A program made the position numbers and the translations under genes. Positions 59,635 through 64,000 of a DNA stretch of 64,000 bases are shown one piece after another. Below the pieces are notes generated by a model, which was given only the letters and a program-made list of their open reading frames with translations, was not told the origin of the DNA and did not search any database. Source of the DNA: Flavobacteriales bacterium (GTDB lineage: Bacteria; Bacteroidota; Bacteroidia; Flavobacteriales_F; PHOS-HE28); NCBI GenBank assembly GCA_038234075.1, contig JBBSUV010000001.1, positions 93,925-157,924 on the forward strand, given 5' to 3'. How positions within the stretch are numbered: position 1 is the stretch's first letter; the number at the start of each line of letters is the position of its first letter.

Positions 59635-61893
59635 TTGCCTACTGCTATGAGAAAAGCCCTTGCCGCTGCCCTATTCCTGGTCTTCGCTACCGCCAACGCC
59701 CAGCAATGGGAGCTCACCACGGCCATCAAGTCGCGCAGCAAATTCCCCGCAGTGCAGATGATGAACGCCACCCTCGGCTACGCACTGGACAACAATGCCG
59801 TACCCGCGATCCTGCGCACACGCGATGGCGGGACCACGTGGGAGCGGATGGTCCACCTCTCGTTCAACTCGCCACAGGACATGTACATGTGGGATGATCA
59901 ACGCGGCATCGTGGTAGGCGGCAGTGGAGGCATCTTCCGCACCACGGATGGCTTCGAGAACACGACCAGCAGCAGTGGCACAAGCACCTACGGCACGCTC
60001 CGCTCCGTCACGTTCGCCAACGATACCTTGGGGCTCATCGGCACCGATGCCGGCCGCATCTATCGCAGCACGAATGGCGGCGTTAGCTGGACACTCATCA
60101 CCAGCGGCGTAGGCAGTAGCTACTCCATCGTTGGGCTCTCCATGCCTTCCGTGGACACGGCCTATGCCAGCGTGTATGGCGTGGGCGTGATCCGCAGCAC
60201 CGATGGCGGCCTCACGTGGCAGCCCACCGCAGCGGCCGCGCCAACCGGCTTACGCGCCCTCCACTTCAGCGATGCGCTCACCGGCGTGGTGGTGGGCAAC
60301 AGCGGCAACATCCATCGCACCAATGATGGCGGTGTCACGTGGGTACAGGCCAGCTCCGGGATCACGCAGAATATTCTTGCGCTCACCGTGCAAGGGAACG
60401 TGATGCTCGCCTCCGGAACCAGCGGGAACATCCTGCGCAGCACCAATGCCGGAGCAACTTGGACAGTGATCACGGTAGGCACCGGCACCACCACCCACCA
60501 GAGCATCTCACTGAGTCCTGAAGGCGTGGGCATCATCGGCACCGATGGTCGCATAAATGGCACGGTGGACTTTGGTGCTACATGGCAACTACTGCGCTTG
60601 GGCACCTACCACACCGTGCTCAACAAAGTGTCCTTCCAGATTGACCTGGTCGGCGTGGCCGTGGGCTCCCTGACCGCCGGCGGCGCGGAAAGTGGCCTGT
60701 TGCGCACCACCGATGGAGGCCACAATTGGAGCAATGCTGGATCAGGCGGTTTGGGCGTTCACCTCCTCCCCAGCGGTGTTGGTTGCTTGGGCGGCGGCAG
60801 TGGCAGTTTCGCCCGCACTACTGACGCCTTCGCAACGCGCATTGCGGCCAACGGTCCCAATGTGGCGATCCGCTGCACATGGAGCTTCAATGCCAACACG
60901 CACATCGTAGCCGGCGGAGCGGTTTATGGAGGCATCTACCGCACCACCAACTCCGGATCCACGTGGACGCATGTCCTTGACGTGGGCAACATCACCATCA
61001 GCGATCTCTGGTTCGTCAACAGCCAACAAGGTTATGCCGTGGGCGAATACGGCGACGACTATCGGACCATGGATGGCGGGCTCACGTGGCAGCCAATGAC
61101 CGCCACCAACGGCGGACATACCATCTTCTTCCTCAACGACACCCTCGGTTGGACCAAGGCCTTCCGCACTATCGACGGTGGCGATACGTGGACCTTCATG
61201 GGCGGCACGCCGCAGGGCACCATGAGCGTTTTCTTCACCGATCCCGACACGGGATACGCCGTAAGCAGTTCTGCGCAAACGGTACGTAGCACCGACGGCG
61301 GCATCACTTGGAACTACTTCTTGCCGGACATCCTTAATGCCCAGATCGGTGATGCCACCTACGTGGACGGCGAGATCGTGGCCGTTGGACGCTGGGGCGA
61401 CATCTACCGTGCGCGCGTGGCGTGCCCGAGCATCGCAGCCATTCCTGTCATTACATCAAGTGGAGAAACCCTCTGCACCAGCACCACCGGAACCGCGCAA
61501 TGGTACCTCAACGGCGATGCGCTTGCTGATGGAGATACGCCCTGCATCGACGCCACAGAGGAAGGTTCTTACACCGTGGTCGTCACCGATGCGCTGAGTT
61601 GTGTTTCGGCAACCTCCGCACCCTTCCAAGTGATCCACACCGTTGTGGCTTCCATGGCTATCGGAACCACGTGCTTGGTGCCCAACCCGGCGAGTGAAAG
61701 GGTCCGGATCGAACGCCTTGGCGACGCCCCAGCCAAGCTCACACTTCGTGATGTCCAAGGGCGCATCGTGCGACACCAAGCCATCACCGGAACGAATGTG
61801 AACCTTGACCTCTCTGGCCTGAAACCCGGAGTGTACTTGGTGCGCATCGCCACCGCAGGCCAAGTGGAAACGTTGCGTTTGGTGAAGGAGTAA
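59635..61893 (+). CDS. T9SS C-terminal-sorting-domain protein with BNR/Ycf48-like beta-propeller repeats
   Basis: Signal peptide, more than 10 repeats of S/TxDGGxTW (BNR-like), C-terminal Por/T9SS CTD (…GVYLVRIATAGQVETLRLVKE). Confidence 0.7.
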   Translation: MPTAMRKALAAALFLVFATANAQQWELTTAIKSRSKFPAVQMMNATLGYALDNNAVPAILRTRDGGTTWERMVHLSFNSPQDMYMWDDQRGIVVGGSGGIFRTTDGFENTTSSSGTSTYGTLRSVTFANDTLGLIGTDAGRIYRSTNGGVSWTLITSGVGSSYSIVGLSMPSVDTAYASVYGVGVIRSTDGGLTWQPTAAAAPTGLRALHFSDALTGVVVGNSGNIHRTNDGGVTWVQASSGITQNILALTVQGNVMLASGTSGNILRSTNAGATWTVITVGTGTTTHQSISLSPEGVGIIGTDGRINGTVDFGATWQLLRLGTYHTVLNKVSFQIDLVGVAVGSLTAGGAESGLLRTTDGGHNWSNAGSGGLGVHLLPSGVGCLGGGSGSFARTTDAFATRIAANGPNVAIRCTWSFNANTHIVAGGAVYGGIYRTTNSGSTWTHVLDVGNITISDLWFVNSQQGYAVGEYGDDYRTMDGGLTWQPMTATNGGHTIFFLNDTLGWTKAFRTIDGGDTWTFMGGTPQGTMSVFFTDPDTGYAVSSSAQTVRSTDGGITWNYFLPDILNAQIGDATYVDGEIVAVGRWGDIYRARVACPSIAAIPVITSSGETLCTSTTGTAQWYLNGDALADGDTPCIDATEEGSYTVVVTDALSCVSATSAPFQVIHTVVASMAIGTTCLVPNPASERVRIERLGDAPAKLTLRDVQGRIVRHQAITGTNVNLDLSGLKPGVYLVRIATAGQVETLRLVKE

Positions 61894-61899
61894 AGCAAC

Positions 61900-62445
61900 A
61901 TGGCGAAACCCGTTACCTACCTCCTCCTTTTCCGCGGTGTTGGCGGAGCCACGCAGTTACCCGTTGCTCAGCTCCGCGAAGCGCTGTCCAAGGCTGGCTT
62001 CACCGGGGCCACCACCTACATCAATAGTGGCAACGCTTTGGTGCGCAGCACGCTCTCGCGCGAAAAGACAATTGCCCAAGTGGCCAAGCTGTGCAAGGAG
62101 CACTTCGGTTTCGACAAGGCCATCTTCGCTCCTACCGCAGCGGAGTGGCAAGCAGTGATCGACAAGAATCCATTCCCAGAGATAACCGAAGGAAAGCATC
62201 TGCATACTGCGCTCCTGGCTGCCACCCCGAAGCCTGAAGCCGTGGAAGCGATACGCGCAGTAGCCGTGGATGGCGAGCACTTGACCATCGTGAACGACGT
62301 GGCCTATATCCACACGCCGCATGGTTTCGGCACCTCCAAGTTGGCAGCCAAATTCGACAAGGGCATCGGCGTGGTGAACACCGCGCGGAATTGGAATACA
62401 GTGCTGAAGATGATGGAGCTGGCCCGGGGGTTGGGGGAGAAGTAG
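61900..62445 (+). CDS. DUF1697 domain protein
   Basis: N-terminal LLFRGVGGATQLPVAQLREAL… and overall length typical of DUF1697. Confidence 0.6.
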   Translation: MAKPVTYLLLFRGVGGATQLPVAQLREALSKAGFTGATTYINSGNALVRSTLSREKTIAQVAKLCKEHFGFDKAIFAPTAAEWQAVIDKNPFPEITEGKHLHTALLAATPKPEAVEAIRAVAVDGEHLTIVNDVAYIHTPHGFGTSKLAAKFDKGIGVVNTARNWNTVLKMMELARGLGEK

Positions 62446-62512
62446 GCTGTCTCATCAGTTCAAACACGAGGAGACGTGATGTGGACCTTGGGAAAGGGTG
62501 GGTACAACTCGT

Positions 62513-62551
62513 ACACCCCTTCAAAGGGAGGGGGAGAATTGCCCCCTCCCT
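62513..62551. repeat. 13-bp perfect-stem hairpin (caaagggaggggg-N7-ccccctccctttg)
   Basis: Perfect inverted repeat downstream of the DUF1697 gene. No U-tract follows it. Confidence 0.45.
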
Positions 62552-62637
62552 TTGGCTTCAGACCAGCGGTGGCAAGCAAAAATTGAATTGCTCGTACACC
62601 GAGAGCCTGTTCCGGATCATGCGAGGACTGACCTTGC

Positions 62638-62645
62638 TACCTTTG
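62638..62645 (+). promoter_or_regulatory. Candidate -7 promoter element TAccTTTG upstream of the DUF4160 gene
   Basis: Matches TAnnTTTG and ends 7 nt before the ATG, implying a very short leader. Confidence 0.3.
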
Positions 62646-62651
62646 TAGGAC

Positions 62652-62957
62652 ATGCCCAAGTTGTATGAATACTTCGGTCTCGTCTTCCTGTTCTACAGCG
62701 ACGACCATGACCCCATGCACCTGCATGTCCAGCATGGTGATCGTGAAGGCATCCTCATGTTGATCATCGTGGAAGGAGAGCTCACGGAGCTTCGTTGGAG
62801 AGCGAAACGCGGTTCGGAAATGCTGCGCGAGAAGGAGCAACGCGAAGCTGAGACTTTTGCCCGAGCCATGAAGGATGATATCGTGGCCAAGTGGACCGCT
62901 TTCTATGTTGAACACAAACGCATCGCGCCCGTGCGCATTACCCGCCGCATCAAATGA
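62652..62957 (+). CDS. DUF4160 domain protein
   Basis: YEYFGLVFLFYSDDHDPMHLHV signature of DUF4160. Confidence 0.65.
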   Translation: MPKLYEYFGLVFLFYSDDHDPMHLHVQHGDREGILMLIIVEGELTELRWRAKRGSEMLREKEQREAETFARAMKDDIVAKWTAFYVEHKRIAPVRITRRIK

Positions 62958-63292
62958 ACATCCCCGAAGACGTACGCATCAAAAAGGCAGAGTACCTCGG
63001 TGACTATGCCATCCGCTTCAATTTCACTGACGGGCACGTTTCCGAGATCGACTTCTATCCGTTCCTAAGCGCAGCTGGTCAGAATCCGATGAACAGCCAG
63101 TACTTGGACGTGCTGCGGTTCCGTCAATTCAAGCTGCACAAGAAGGTGGACGTTTATTGGGACGATTGGGAAATGTGCTTCCGATTCGAAACATTGTACG
63201 GCGGCAAACTTCCGAAAATGCCAAAGCCGGCCGCGGGGCGAAAGACACCCAGCTCTTACGTAGCATCGAAACCGATCGCAAGAAAGAAGTGA
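62954..63292 (+). CDS. DUF2442 domain protein
   Basis: Small protein overlapping the DUF4160 stop. Sequence (…AIRFNFTDG…YWDDWEM…) fits DUF2442, the common partner of DUF4160. Confidence 0.55.
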   Translation: MNIPEDVRIKKAEYLGDYAIRFNFTDGHVSEIDFYPFLSAAGQNPMNSQYLDVLRFRQFKLHKKVDVYWDDWEMCFRFETLYGGKLPKMPKPAAGRKTPSSYVASKPIARKK

Positions 63293-63332
63293 GCACGAAC
63301 AGCCCACCGTAACTTTGCACCCTCCCGAACCC

Positions 63333-63372
63333 GATGCCCGGAATTGCCGGTATCGGGCTTTTGGGGTTTCCT
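63333..63372 (+). terminator. Candidate rho-independent terminator
   Basis: cccgat-gcccggaattgccggt-atcggg followed by cttttggggttt. Confidence 0.4.
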
Positions 63373-63378
63373 GTTTCC

Positions 63379-64000
63379 ATGAAAACAAGCTATCTGCGTC
63401 AAGGGCTGCGTTATGGCATCATGCTCCATGCAGTCATATACCTGTCCTTCATATTTCTTGTTGGATGCGGAATTTCAAAGCGCGGCATGAAAGGCTTTGG
63501 TTCGAGTATTGCCGAGACTGCAACTGGAAGTTCGCTCTATCCATTTTCCGATTCACTCGGATTCACAGGGAGAGACACACTTTGGACAGAGTTCGCATAT
63601 AACAACCAAATAACAAGGATTCATGGCAAGGTCGCGATTGATGTGGCGGGGAAGGCTCGCTTGCTTCGAATAGGTCCTTGGCAAGAGTATTACGCCAATG
63701 GCCAAGTCGGCATTGATGGTGAGTATGGAATAGGTCGTTACATAGAATGTTGCGCTCACGGACATTGCGCCAAGTTCTACAATTTCAAAAAAGGTCGATG
63801 GTGCTTCTGGTATCCCAATGGTCAACTCAGGGCACAAGGGACATTTGAAACTCAAAGAAGACATATGAAGAACAATTGCAAAGGGGATGACCAGCTATTG
63901 TTTGGTGCGGTGCAGGTCAAGCAATGGAAATTCTGGGATGAATCGGGCAACCTGATCAACCCAACGACGGAAATGATCCAGGGCATTGAAGGAGTCTACT
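63379..64000 (+). CDS. MORN-repeat-variant / YwqK-like repeat protein (5' part, continues beyond window)
   Basis: Repeating QEYYANGQ…GEYG / WCFWYPNGQLRAQGTF units. Lipoprotein-like N-terminus (FLVGC). Lower GC than the flanking DNA by inspection. Confidence 0.5.
   Translation, partial: MKTSYLRQGLRYGIMLHAVIYLSFIFLVGCGISKRGMKGFGSSIAETATGSSLYPFSDSLGFTGRDTLWTEFAYNNQITRIHGKVAIDVAGKARLLRIGPWQEYYANGQVGIDGEYGIGRYIECCAHGHCAKFYNFKKGRWCFWYPNGQLRAQGTFETQRRHMKNNCKGDDQLLFGAVQVKQWKFWDESGNLINPTTEMIQGIEGVY

Noticed and set aside
63315-63602. 95-aa plus-strand ORF (MHPPEPDARN…) at the window end.
   Set aside because: It overlaps, in a different frame, the much better supported MORN/YwqK-like repeat ORF starting at 63379, and it is Cys/Arg/His-rich nonsense.
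1-64000. CRISPR arrays, rRNA/tRNA genes, transposases or integrases.
   Set aside because: No regularly spaced direct repeats with unique spacers, no tRNA-like GTTCGAATC T-loop motifs in ORF-free gaps, and no transposase/integrase/recombinase-like ORFs were seen. The repeats found are inverted or tandem elements described above.

Overview
The window is about 60% GC and looks like a Bacteroidota chromosome. This rests on gldB-gldC, three proteins with type IX secretion system (T9SS) C-terminal sorting domains, a Bacteroidota-type dcw gene order, and TAnnTTTG -7 promoter motifs. Positions 1-12.6 kb hold a complete division/cell-wall (dcw) cluster on the minus strand: mraZ-rsmH-ftsL-ftsI-murE-mraY-murD-ftsW-murG-murC-ftsQ, with ftsQ partial at the edge. 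A diverged copy of the MurD C-terminal domain sits between murD and ftsW. The remainder is mostly housekeeping genes (engB, nadE, korAB, dtd, kdtA, fabD, folE, queD, serS, ksgA, mgtE, lysC, fbp). The housekeeping genes are interrupted by gliding-motility genes and by a fragmented nucleotide-sugar/polysaccharide locus (DegT-Ugd-UXS ... WbpD/WbpB/WbpA-like ... RfbB-CpsB). Several small two-gene cassettes resemble toxin-antitoxin modules. No rRNA, tRNA, CRISPR, transposase or integrase genes were recognised. The features worth a second look are non-coding repeats: a tandem dual-hairpin element with compensatory substitutions (51.77-51.92 kb), a 155-bp MITE-like element with 29-bp perfect terminal inverted repeats (14.47-14.62 kb), a short GTTGTC/GTGATAGG motif family at operon boundaries, and an 87-bp diverged direct repeat of the cpsB 3' end flanking an AAA-ATPase insertion next to a low-GC islet.
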